Shown one piece after another: positions 20,175 to 29,801 of a stretch of 64,000 nt of DNA. The stretch lies in NCBI GenBank assembly GCA_965199855.1, contig OZ241326.1, positions 1,152,001 to 1,216,000 on the forward strand, given 5' to 3'. Position numbers and translations under genes: made by a program. Position 1 is the first letter of the stretch. Each line of letters begins with the position of its first letter. The notes below the pieces were generated by a model, which was not told the DNA's origin, did not search any database, and saw only the letters and a list, made by a program, of their open reading frames with translations. The stretch comes from a bacterium (GTDB taxonomy: Bacteria > UBA8248).

Positions 20175-20435
20175 GTGGTGCGCGAGCGCGTCTCTCTGTG
20201 GGGCATTCCGCCCGAGGCGCATGACTACGCCGTGAACGGCAGGACGCCGCTCGCTTGGTTCATCGACCGCTACCGGATTAGGCGGGACAAGCACAGCGGC
20301 ATCGTGAACGACCCCAACGGCTGGTTCGCGCGGCCGGAGGATTTCATCGCGGCGATTCGGCGGATAGTCCACCTGAGCGTGGAGACCGCCCGCGTCGTCC
20401 GCGCCCTGCCGGCTTCGATGGAAAACGCCGAATGA
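20175..20435 (+). pseudogene. C-terminal fragment of a type ISP restriction-modification enzyme
   Basis: GIPPEAHDYAVNGRTPLAWFIDRYRIRRDKHSGIVNDPN...RIVHLSVET resembles the LlaGI/LlaBIII C-terminus; only ~86 aa remain. Confidence 0.75.
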
Positions 20436-20445
20436 CTTGAACGGG

Positions 20446-20537
20446 CGTCATGGCCGGCGTCTCCCGACAAGGCGGCGGGATTGCGGAATCCATCGCTTTC
20501 CCGCCGATCCTGGATTGCGGCTTTCGCCGCAATGACG
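20446..20537. repeat. CGTC-family REP doublet
   Basis: CGTCA...GCGGAATCC...GGATTGCGGCTTTCGCCGCAATGACG. Confidence 0.6.
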
Positions 20538-20777
20538 ATCGAAGCGGGATATCCCTCAGCGCGCGTCAGATGCGCCATCGCCGGAATGTCCCGCGCAAGC
20601 CCTCCGATGCGGGCGCGGAATCCCGTGCCCCCTCCCCCCCCTTCCGCCGCGCGGGCGCGGGTGGCATAATGGCGGGCGCGCGGGCGAAGCCCGACTCCTC
20701 ACTTTTCCGCAAGACGGATCGCCCCGGCGGGCGGCCTCCCGCTTTCGGGAGCGGCTCGCCTTTTGGAGGCCGAGAAG

Positions 20778-21695
20778 ATGGCGGAGACCATCGGAATCGT
20801 GGGCCTGGGCCTGATGGGAACGGCCATGAGCCGCAGGCTCATGGAGGCGGGCCACCGGGTGCGCGGGTTCGACATCGACCCGGCCAGGCTCGACGCCCTC
20901 GCCGCGAACGGGGGCGAGCCGGCGGACTCGGCGGGCGACGCGGCGCGGGGCGCCGGGTTCGTCATCCTCTCCCTGCTCTACGCCGAAGACGCGCGCGCGG
21001 CCTGCCTGGGGGAGGGGGGAATCGCCGGCGCGGCGGGCGAGCGCCTCGTCGTCATCGACACCTCCACCTCCGCCCCGGACGACTCGGAGCGGCTGGGCGC
21101 GGACTTGAGGCGCGAGGGCGTGGGCTTTCTCGACGCGGGCCTGAGCGGTTCGCGCAACAACGTGATGGAGGGGAGCGTCGTCTCCGTCGTCGGGGGAGAG
21201 GCGGCCGACTTCGAGGCGGCGCGGCCGATTCTGGGCGCGTTCGCCCGCTCGGTTCGCCACGTGGGGCCGAACGGGGCGGGGGCGCGGACGAAGCTGGTCA
21301 TCAACCTCGTGCTGGGCCTCACGCGCCTCGCCCTCTCCGAGGGGCTGGTTCTGGGCATGAAGTCGGGCCTCGACGCGGAGCGCCTGCTCGAGGCGCTCAA
21401 GGACAGCGCCGCCTACAGCCGCGCGATGGATCAGCGCGGCGAGCGGATGATTCGCGCCGACTACGACAACCCGCTCTCCCGCGTCCGCCAGCACCACAAG
21501 GACGTGCGCCTCATCCTCGAGGAGGGGCAGAAGGTGGGCGCGCCCATGCTGCTCAGCTCCGCGCACCAGCAGGTGCTCCAGGCCGCCGAGCTGGGAGGAC
21601 TCGCCGACGCGGACACGGCGGCCATCATCGAGGTGCTCAGGCGCATGGCGGGGATTCCCTCCCGTCCGGCGCGGGCGCGCCCGGAGGAGGCGTGA
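20778..21695 (+). CDS. NAD(P)-dependent 3-hydroxyisobutyrate dehydrogenase-family oxidoreductase
   Basis: GIVGLGLMG, IDTST, LDAGLSG, KLVIN, HKDVRL. Confidence 0.88.
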   Translation: MAETIGIVGLGLMGTAMSRRLMEAGHRVRGFDIDPARLDALAANGGEPADSAGDAARGAGFVILSLLYAEDARAACLGEGGIAGAAGERLVVIDTSTSAPDDSERLGADLRREGVGFLDAGLSGSRNNVMEGSVVSVVGGEAADFEAARPILGAFARSVRHVGPNGAGARTKLVINLVLGLTRLALSEGLVLGMKSGLDAERLLEALKDSAAYSRAMDQRGERMIRADYDNPLSRVRQHHKDVRLILEEGQKVGAPMLLSSAHQQVLQAAELGGLADADTAAIIEVLRRMAGIPSRPARARPEEA

Positions 21696-21697
21696 GG

Positions 21698-23290
21698 ATG
21701 CCGAAAGCGATATCGCCGGAGGGTCTCAAGGCGCTGATGGAGGGCGCCGCCCCCCACGCCGCGCTCGACGCGCGCGAGCCGATGGAGTTTCACGAGAAGC
21801 AGATTTTCTGGACGACGAGCGCGCCGCGCGCCGCGCTGGAGTTTCTCGCCCCGCGCCTGGTTCCCGTCCGGGCGACGCCGGTGGTCTGCGTGGACGAGGG
21901 CGGCCCCCGCGCCGGGCGGGCGGCCGCGCTCCTTGAAGAGCACGGCTACGCGGACGTCAGCGTCCTGGAGGGGGGGCTGGGCGCGTGGGAGGCGCGGGGC
22001 TTTCCCGTCGTCTCCGGCACGAACCTGCCCAGCAAGGAATTCGGCGAGCGGATTCACGTGGAGCATTCCGTGCCGGAGATCTCCGCGCGGGCGCTGCACG
22101 CGCTGATCGAGAGCGGCGCGCCGCCCCGCGTGTTCGACGCGCGAACCGAGGCGGAGTTCGAGCGCTTCTCCATCCCCACGGGGCGGAGCCTGCCGGGAGG
22201 CGAGCTCATCCTCCACGCATGGGACTTGAGCCGCGACGCGGAGACCCCCCTCGTCATCAACTGCGCGGGCCGCACCCGCAGCATCATCGGGACGCGGGCG
22301 CTCCACCGCCTGGGCGTGACCCACGCGCGCGCCCTCAAGAACGGCGGGATGGGCTTCATGCTGGAGGGGCTGCCGCTCGAGGAGGGCGCGCCCGCCGAGA
22401 TTCCCGTCCCCTCGGAGGAGAGCCGCGCCCACGCGGAAGTCCTGGCGGAGCGAATCGCGCGGGAGGAGGGCGTTCCCTTCGTCTCGGTGGAGGAGCTGCG
22501 CGGGTTGCGGGCGCGCGCGGACCGGGAGACGCTCTACCTGCTCGACGCGCGCCTCGCGCCCGAGTTCGAGGCGGGCCACGTTCCGGGGGCGATTTCCATC
22601 CCCGGCGGGCAGGCGGCCCAGCGCACGGACGAGGTGGTCGCCGTGCGCGCGGCGAGGGTGGTGGTCTATTGCGACGGGAACGCGCGCGGCGTCATGGCGG
22701 CCTGGTGGCTTCGCCAGATGGGGCTGGACGCGGGCGCGCTGCGGGGAGGCTTCACCGCGTGGCTGGAGGCGGGGGGCGAGAGCGCGCGCGGAGGCGGCGC
22801 GGCTTCGGGCGAAAGCCCCGCCGGGGAGGAGGGCGAGGTTCTCGGGCTGGCGGAGGCGCTGCGCGAGGCTCCGGCCGCGTCGCCGCGGGAGGCGCGGGCG
22901 TTCGACCTGATTCTCGACGTGGATTCGAGCCTCTCCTGGGAGCGGGGGCGTCCGGCGGGGGCGAGGTGGGCTTCGAGAGGCTGGCTGGAGGATCGCGCGC
23001 CCGCGCTCATCGGAAGGAAGGACGCGCGGGCGCTCCTCGTCTGCGAGGACGGACGCAAATCCGCCCTGAGCGCCGCCGCGCTCCGCCGGGCCGGATATTC
23101 CGGCGCGCGCCGGCTCGAGGGCGGCAAGCGCGCCTGGTGGGCGGCGGGCTTGCCTGTCGAGACGGGGCGCGAGGGGCTGGAGGCGACTCCCAAGGACGTC
23201 CAGCTCAAGCCCTACGACTTCGGACGCGGCGCGATGGAGCGCTACCTCGCCTGGGAGGAGAGCCTGGGGCGCAAATACGCGCGCGGGTGA
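21698..23290 (+). CDS. four-domain rhodanese/sulfurtransferase
   Basis: Four LDAR/LDV...L(E/K/R)GG rhodanese repeats; CAGRTRS active-site loop. Confidence 0.85.
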   Translation: MPKAISPEGLKALMEGAAPHAALDAREPMEFHEKQIFWTTSAPRAALEFLAPRLVPVRATPVVCVDEGGPRAGRAAALLEEHGYADVSVLEGGLGAWEARGFPVVSGTNLPSKEFGERIHVEHSVPEISARALHALIESGAPPRVFDARTEAEFERFSIPTGRSLPGGELILHAWDLSRDAETPLVINCAGRTRSIIGTRALHRLGVTHARALKNGGMGFMLEGLPLEEGAPAEIPVPSEESRAHAEVLAERIAREEGVPFVSVEELRGLRARADRETLYLLDARLAPEFEAGHVPGAISIPGGQAAQRTDEVVAVRAARVVVYCDGNARGVMAAWWLRQMGLDAGALRGGFTAWLEAGGESARGGGAASGESPAGEEGEVLGLAEALREAPAASPREARAFDLILDVDSSLSWERGRPAGARWASRGWLEDRAPALIGRKDARALLVCEDGRKSALSAAALRRAGYSGARRLEGGKRAWWAAGLPVETGREGLEATPKDVQLKPYDFGRGAMERYLAWEESLGRKYARG

Positions 23291-23310
23291 GCGTGGGGGG
23301 TTCTGATTTT

Positions 23311-23862
23311 GCGTAGGGAGCGCATTCATGCGTCCCGCCCGTCGTTCGGCCGGGGCGGATGTTTTTGCCTTCGCAGGGGCGGTCCCCCGTGGCCGCCCGT
23401 TGGGATGATCGTCCGCCGATCGGGTTCCGCCCCCGACGTGCGGGGACAGGTCGCGACCTGTCCCTACGGGATGTTCGCGCGTCGGCGGGAGGTGAACCCG
23501 GCGAAGGACAACCACAGGGGGTTGTCCCTGCGTCCGCGAACGGGGCGCGACGGTTCCCTACGGGCGGTGGAAGGCGTGATTCGATTGCAGGGGACGCGGG
23601 TATTATATGATCCCGCAGGGGCGGCTCGCGAGCCGCCCGTTTAGGGTGGTCGCCCATGGGTGAGGGTGACGGGGCGGCCCCCGTGGCCGCCCGGATTCAA
23701 GAGGCGTTCGCGTCTGAGGCGGCGGGTCGTTCACGAACGACCCCTACGGGGACAAAACGCCGCGACCCGCATCGTCGCCGACCCGCGAACGGGGCGCGAC
23801 GATTCCCTACGGGCGGTGGAAGACGTGATTCGATTGCAGGGGACGCATATATGCGTCCCGCC
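23311..23862. repeat. REP mosaic cluster
   Basis: Several GYAGGG-footed hairpins (e.g. GGGACAGGTCGCGACCTGTCCCTAC, GACAACCACAGGGGGTTGTCCCTGC) and a ~60-bp direct repeat at ~23536/~23785. Confidence 0.8.
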
Positions 23863-23878
23863 CTGTTCTTCGCCCCCT

Positions 23879-25747
23879 TCAGAACGCGGCGCGAACCGAG
23901 AGGGAGACGCTGTGGGACGCGCCGTCTCCGAAGCGGCCGGCGTAGCCCAGACGCGCGCTCGCGCTCTCGCCGAGCCGGGCGGCCAGCCCCGCCTCCGCGC
24001 GCGCGGCGCCGTCCGGCGGGGAGAAGCCGGGCATCGTGAAGCGGCCGGGCATGGCGTTGGAGCCCGCGCTGACGCGGACGGGGTCGTCCTTGAACTCGCG
24101 CTCGTAGGCGAGGCGCGCCCAGGAGCGGCCCCAGCCGCCCAGGCGGAAGGCGAAGCGGTAGCCCGCGCGCGCGAGGAGGGAGTCTCGGTCGAAGCCCCGG
24201 AAGTTCATCGCGGTGGAGGAGTCCCCCTTCTCGCGGTAGCCCCTCACCTCCTGATCCAGCCAGGAGACGCCCGCGAAGGGGCCGTGCCCGACGCCCGCAG
24301 GCCCCCCGAAGCGCCAGCCCGCCTCCAGCTCGCCCCCGAACAGCGAGGCGTCGGTGTCGCCGCTCTCCGAGCGCGAGGCGGCGCCCAGGGAGAACTCACG
24401 CCTGATATCGACGGACGCCTCGCCCAGGCTCACCGCTCCGCTCACGCTCAGCGCTCCGCTTCGCCAGATGGCGTGCATCGATCCGACGATCGCCTCGCTC
24501 TCCAGACTCGAGCCCGCGATCTCGTTCTCGTGGCGGGCGAGGCTCGCCGCGAAGCCCCAGGCGAGATTCGGCCCGGCGCGGCTGACCGCGCCCAGGGTGA
24601 CGACGCCCGAATCCGCCTCGTTCTCGCCCAGGCGGGGGAGAGCGTCGAGCTCGCTCCTGCCCGCCCGCGCCGCCGCCCAGACGCGCCAGGCGCCCGCGGG
24701 CCCGCCGGACGCCAGGTCGGCCTCCCGCTCGGCGGCCGCAGCGGCGTGGTGGGCCGCCATCGCCTCCGCGCCCGCCTCTCCCGCCAGCGAGACCACGAGC
24801 GGCGCCGCGAGGGTGGAGACGACCATATCCGCGATAATGGCGTGCGCCGCCCCGCCCGGGTGCTTGTCGTCCGCGAACAGGCGGGAGCGGTTCGCGCCTG
24901 CGGCGTAGGTCTTGGGATAGCCCGACCCCTCGGGGCCGCACACGAGGGAGACGGAGGTTCTGTCCAGGGGGTTCTCGTTGAGCGGGCACGCCGTCGTCCG
25001 CAGTTCGGTGAAGCCGTAGGCGCGGGGGCTTCGGGCGATCTCCTCCGCCATGCCCAGGACGTTGACGGGGACGACGCCCTCCTCGCGCGCGCGGATGCCG
25101 GCGCGCAGCGTCTCGTCGTAGGCGCGCCCCAGCGCGACCAGTAGCGCCCCGGCGGATTCGGGGAGCCTCGCGGTGAAGGGCAGGATGGAGAGGTCGGGCA
25201 GGTTGGGAACCACGACGTAGCGCGCCCCGGCGTCTAGGAGGCGCGCGATCTGTCCGACGTGGGCCTCGGCCGCCTCCGTCGCGAGCGCGGTGGAGTTCGC
25301 CGCGCCGCCCGAGCTCAGGGCGTCGTCGATGTCGTTCAGCCCGCCCCAGAGAAAGTAGAGCGCCTTCGGGTCGGCGCGCCCGCCCGCGCCCGAGAGGTGC
25401 TGGTCGATCTGCTGCTGGATGGTCGGCACGCGCTCGCTCGCCGCCTGGTTCCGGGCGCAGGAGCCCTCGGTCGTCATGCAGGCGCCCGCCCAGGCGTGGT
25501 TCGGCCCGCCGGCGAGGGAGTGCCTCCCCGAGGCGCCGAAGGCTTCGGCGATGCGCTCGGCGGCGACCGGGTCGGGGTTCGTGATGAAGCTGCTCCCCGC
25601 CGGCAGGCCCAGCTGCTGGGCGACGTTGCCCGAGTCGCTCAGGCTGTCGCCGAAAGCGTAGAAGTTGCTGAAACTCTGCGCCGAGGCGTTCGCGGCGAGG
25701 CACAGGGCGAGAGCGAGACCGCCGAGCAGGGAGAAATGGCGAAGCAT
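23879..25747 (-). CDS. GDSL esterase autotransporter (EstA-like)
   Basis: Signal peptide, FGDSLSDSGN, GGLND, DDKHP, beta-barrel ending in F. Confidence 0.9.
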   Translation of the reverse strand: MLRHFSLLGGLALALCLAANASAQSFSNFYAFGDSLSDSGNVAQQLGLPAGSSFITNPDPVAAERIAEAFGASGRHSLAGGPNHAWAGACMTTEGSCARNQAASERVPTIQQQIDQHLSGAGGRADPKALYFLWGGLNDIDDALSSGGAANSTALATEAAEAHVGQIARLLDAGARYVVVPNLPDLSILPFTARLPESAGALLVALGRAYDETLRAGIRAREEGVVPVNVLGMAEEIARSPRAYGFTELRTTACPLNENPLDRTSVSLVCGPEGSGYPKTYAAGANRSRLFADDKHPGGAAHAIIADMVVSTLAAPLVVSLAGEAGAEAMAAHHAAAAAEREADLASGGPAGAWRVWAAARAGRSELDALPRLGENEADSGVVTLGAVSRAGPNLAWGFAASLARHENEIAGSSLESEAIVGSMHAIWRSGALSVSGAVSLGEASVDIRREFSLGAASRSESGDTDASLFGGELEAGWRFGGPAGVGHGPFAGVSWLDQEVRGYREKGDSSTAMNFRGFDRDSLLARAGYRFAFRLGGWGRSWARLAYEREFKDDPVRVSAGSNAMPGRFTMPGFSPPDGAARAEAGLAARLGESASARLGYAGRFGDGASHSVSLSVRAAF

Positions 25748-25950
25748 GTCGAGGACTCCTCGTTTTCCGTTTTCCGGCGCGGAGGGCGCGGGCGCGTCCG
25801 GCGCGCGCGCCTGAGGGCGATGCGGAACAACATAGCGGGCGCGGCCCGAAGGGGCAAGGGGCAGGACGGCTTCGGCGGCGTCCGCGCCTTCATCTTCGCG
25901 GGGAGCCCCGCGCGCGTTTTCGGCCGCGGGGCGCGAACGCCCGCGAATGA

Positions 25951-25959
25951 TGGTATAAT
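25951..25959 (+). promoter_or_regulatory. extended -10 element
   Basis: TGGTATAAT ~42 bp upstream of the chorismate mutase gene. Confidence 0.6.
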
Positions 25960-26001
25960 GCCGCGAATCTTTTCTCGCGTCTTTCCGGAATGGAGCGCCG
26001 C

Positions 26002-26265
26002 ATGGCGGACGGGCTGTCCGGATTCAGGGAGCGTATCGACGCCTGCGACGCCGGGATCGTCCGCCTCATCAACGAGCGGCTGAAAATCTGCCTGGAGGTG
26101 GGGGAATACAAGAGCGCGCGCGGAATCGCCGTCAAGGACGCGGCGCGCGAGCGCGAGGTCATCGCCCGCGCGCTGGAGGCGAACGGGGGCCCCTGTCCTC
26201 CCGAGGCGCTCGAGCGCATCTGGCGCATCCTGATCGACGCGGCCGTCGCCCTCGAGGAAAAGTAG
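26002..26265 (+). CDS. chorismate mutase (AroQ type)
   Basis: RERIDACDAGIVRLINER...GEYK...DAAREREV. Confidence 0.85.
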   Translation: MADGLSGFRERIDACDAGIVRLINERLKICLEVGEYKSARGIAVKDAAREREVIARALEANGGPCPPEALERIWRILIDAAVALEEK

Positions 26266-26380
26266 CGCGGGGGGAGGAAGGCTCTCCCCCGGCGCCTCCG
26301 GCGGGATCGCCTCGCCGCCCCCGCCTCGCCCTGAAGCTTCGCCCGGCGTCCCACCGCGCACGCCGAGGGAGAATCTCCGC

Positions 26381-27739
26381 ATGGAAGCGCTCTACGCCGC
26401 CCCGGTCGCGGCTCTTCTCGCCGCGTGCGTCTGGCTCGTCATGCGGGCGCGCGCCGCGGGCCTGGCGCGGATGCTGGAGCGCGCGGAGACCGAGAGCGCG
26501 GAGGCGCGGACGGCGCTCGCCGCCGAGCGGGAGAGGACGGCCCGTCTGGGCGGCGACCTGGCGCGCCTCGAATCGGACCTGGCGCACGAGAAGAAATCCG
26601 CCGGGGAGAAGCTCGACCTGCTCCGCCGCGCCTCCGAGGAGATGCGGGAGAGCTTCGGCGCGCTGAGCGCGGACGCCCTCAGGAGCAACAACGCCTCGTT
26701 TCTCGATCTGGCGAAGGCGACCCTCGAAAAATTCCAGAGCGAGGCGAGGAGCGACCTCGATTCGCGCAAGAAGGCGGTGGAGGGCCTCGTCGCCCCCATC
26801 CGCGAGTCGCTCGACAGGGTGGGGGGGCAGGTGGAGGTTCTGGAGCGGGCGCGCCGGGAGGCCTACGGCGCCCTCACCGAGCAGGTCAAATCCCTCGCGG
26901 GGGCGCAGAAGGAGCTCCGGTCGGAGACGGGAAACCTCGTCAAGGCGCTGCGCGCCCCCAGCGTGCGCGGACGCTGGGGGGAGATGCAGCTGCGGCGCGT
27001 GGTGGAGATGGCGGGCATGGTCGCCCACTGCGACTTCGTGGAGCAGCAGACCCTCCAGGAGGGCGACGCGCGCCTGCGCCCCGACCTCATCGTCAAGCTG
27101 CCCGGCGGCAAGAACGTGGTGGTGGACGCCAAGGCGCCGCTCGACGCCTACCTGCGCGCGCTCGAGGCGGAGGACGAGGAGGCGCGCCGCGCCGCCATGC
27201 GCGACCACGCCCGCCAGATTCGGGATCACATGACCCGCCTGGGCTCGAAGTCCTACTGGGAGCAGTTGGATTCTTCCCCTGAATTCGTGGCGATGTTCCT
27301 GCCCGGGGAGAGCTTCTTCAGCGCGGCGCTCGAGCAGGAGCCGGGGCTGATCGAGGAGGGCGTGGGCCGCCAGGTCATCCTCGCCACGCCCACGACGCTC
27401 ATCGCCCTGCTGCGCGCGGTCGCCTACGGCTGGCGGCAGGAGCGGGTCGCCGAGAGCGCCCAGGCGGTGAGCGCCCTGGGAGGGGAGCTCCACGCGCGGC
27501 TCAAGACGCTGGCGGGGCATTTCGAGAACATGGGCCGGGGGCTGGATCGCGCGGTGGACGCCTACAACAGGGCGGTGGGCTCCTACGAGTCGCGGGTGCT
27601 GGTCCAGGCCCGGAGGTTCACCGACTACGGCAGCGCGCCCGAGGGGGATATCGCCCCGATGGTTCCCCTCGAGAAGACCCCCCGCGCCCTCTCGCCGCGC
27701 GAGGCGGAGGAAGCCCCGGCCGGAGACGGCGAAGGATAG
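26381..27739 (+). CDS. rmuC: DNA recombination protein RmuC
   Basis: N-terminal TM and coiled coil, RGRWGEMQL, RPDLIVKLPG, VVDAK, ATPTTL. Confidence 0.92.
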   Translation: MEALYAAPVAALLAACVWLVMRARAAGLARMLERAETESAEARTALAAERERTARLGGDLARLESDLAHEKKSAGEKLDLLRRASEEMRESFGALSADALRSNNASFLDLAKATLEKFQSEARSDLDSRKKAVEGLVAPIRESLDRVGGQVEVLERARREAYGALTEQVKSLAGAQKELRSETGNLVKALRAPSVRGRWGEMQLRRVVEMAGMVAHCDFVEQQTLQEGDARLRPDLIVKLPGGKNVVVDAKAPLDAYLRALEAEDEEARRAAMRDHARQIRDHMTRLGSKSYWEQLDSSPEFVAMFLPGESFFSAALEQEPGLIEEGVGRQVILATPTTLIALLRAVAYGWRQERVAESAQAVSALGGELHARLKTLAGHFENMGRGLDRAVDAYNRAVGSYESRVLVQARRFTDYGSAPEGDIAPMVPLEKTPRALSPREAEEAPAGDGEG

Positions 27740-27767
27740 GACGCGCGCTCATGCGCCGCCGCAAAAC

Positions 27768-29700
27768 CCGTCATTCCGGCGAAGGCCGGAATCCGGAACC
27801 GGGGCGCGCGGCGGCAAACGGGCGTTCCCGGCCAATCCATGCGCGGGTTCATGGTTTCGTAGGGGCGGCTCGTGAACCGCCCGTTTCGACGGCATGGGCC
27901 GACAACCCGGCGATTGTCCGTTTGGTCGGCGCGGGGCGTTCCCGAACGCCCCCTGCGGGATGGCGGCGCGGAGCGGGGGAGCAAATGCGGGCAGGTGCGG
28001 GGAAACGCCGCGGCCTTGCGAAATACCCCCTCCTGACGCCTCTTGATTCCCATAATCTTTTTGTTTTCAATGATTTGATATTTTTTCCGCGCTTTGAAGG
28101 GTCTTGAATTTGTCGAAAAAAGGCGTGAATTTGCGGGATAAAGGCGTGAATTTGTCGGATTTTGTCGAAAACGGGATCCTTTTCATCATGGCGCGGACGA
28201 CGCGCGCGCGCCGCGCCTGCGGAACCCGCAATCCGGGGGCGACGGGAAAATGACGGATTCCGCAAACCCTCCTCCTCATCGGAGTTGACGACGCGAAAAC
28301 GGCGCGGGGCGACAAACGCCCTGACCCACGCCCACGCCTTCGTCCTCATCCGCTTCCCGAAACCCATGTGTTCGCCTCCTCCCTTTCGCGGCGGATTCTC
28401 GCGCATTCAGGGGAAGACCCCATAACCGCAAATGCGGGCAAATGCGCGCGGCGACCGGGCGGGGGCGGCAACGGTTTCGTAGGGGCGGTTCGTGAACCGC
28501 CCGTTTTTTGACGTTATGGCCGACAATCCGGCGACTGTCCGTTTGGTTGGCGCGGCGGGTCGTTCACGAACGACCCCTACGGGATTGAATCGCCGCCGCG
28601 TGAATCGCGGCACCCCGCAACGGGGCGCATATATGCGCCCCCTACCGCGAGGGTGTGACGGTTTCGCAGGGGCGGCCCCTCCCCGGGGCCGCCCCACAAT
28701 TCGCGAGCCGCCCGTTTTGAAGGGAAGACAATCAAAACCCCGGATTCCGGCTTTCGCCGGAATGACGGGATTCCGGGGCGGCGCGCGGCGGCGAACGGGC
28801 GTTCCCGGCCAATCCATGCGCGGGTTCATGGTTTCGTAGGGGCGGTTCGCGAACCGCCCGTTTTGACGGCATGGGCCGACAACCCGGCGTTTGTCCGTTT
28901 GGTCGGCGCGGGCGGGTCGTTCCCGAACGACCCCTACGGGATTTTCGCGTATCGGCGGAAGGGGAGCACGACGCGGACAACCACGGGGGGTTGTCCCTGC
29001 GATTCGCGCCGCGTCATCGCCGGGCCCGCGAACCGCCCCTACGGGGTGGGTCGTCTATGGATGACGGCGAACCGCCCGTTTTGAAGGGAAGACAATCAAA
29101 ACCCTGGATTCCGGCCTTCGCCGGAATGACGGCGGAAGAACGCGGGGCGGACAACCACAGGGGGTTGTCCCTACGGCGGGGCGCAAGAATGCGCCCCCTA
29201 CGGGCGAGGGCGGCGAGGGTTTCCCCTCCGGCGCTCGCCGCCGCAAAACCCGTCGTTCCGGCGAAGGCCGGAATCCGGAACCGGGGCGCGCGGCGGCCAA
29301 CGGATGTTCCCGGCCAATCCATGCGCGGGTTCATGGTTTCGCAGGGGCGGCCCCCTGCGGCCGCCCGTCGTCAATGGCGAGGATGGGGTGGGGATATTGT
29401 AGGGGCGGTTCGCGAACCGCCCGGTTTTTTTGACGCGCGGGCCGACCCCCCGGTGATTGTCCGTTTGGTCGGCGGGGCGGGTCGTTCACGAACGACCCCT
29501 ACGGGATTTTCGCGTATCGGCGGGAGGTGAACCCGGCGCGGACAACCACGGGGGGTTGTCCCTGCGATTCGCGCCGCGTCATCGCCGGGCCCGCGAACCG
29601 CCCCTACGGAGTGGGTCGTCTATGGATGACGGCGAACCGCCCGTTTTGAAGGGAAGACAATCAAACCCTGGATTCCGGCCTTCGCCGGAATGACGGCCGG
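27768..29700. repeat. ~2-kb non-coding REP/REPIN mosaic
   Basis: Many GTAG- and CGTC-type hairpins; four ~100-bp inverted doublets; ~300-bp direct repeat 28836-29131 / 29399-29694. Confidence 0.88.
28105..28175. repeat. 21-bp direct repeats (3 copies)
   Basis: TGAATTTGTCGAAAAAAGGCG TGAATTTGCGGGATAAAGGCG TGAATTTGTCGGATTTTGTCG. Confidence 0.7.
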
Positions 29701-29730
29701 GGCGGAGATCGAACCGGCGGGGGTTTCCAT

Positions 29731-29774
29731 AAAAAAACCGGGCGCGGGGGATCGCGTCATCCCCCGCGCCCGGT
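29731..29774 (-). terminator. intrinsic terminator of the large autotransporter gene
   Basis: ACCGGGCGCGGGGGAT...ATCCCCCGCGCCCGGT stem with a T tract on the minus strand. Confidence 0.8.
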
Positions 29775-29801
29775 CGTGAATCCGTCGGGCGTTCCGCGCC
29801 C

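Noticed and set aside
20450-21697. N-terminal extension of the 946-aa ORF
   Set aside because: Overlaps the dehydrogenase gene in another frame; the rhodanese begins at ATG 21698 after GGAGG
23309-24039. Short ORFs in REP clusters (also 28.4-29.7 kb and 54.8-55.4 kb)
   Set aside because: Translations of palindromic repeats without protein-like features
27768-29700. Possible CRISPR array
   Set aside because: Repeats are of several types, in both orientations, irregularly spaced, with reused linkers; no cas genes are present
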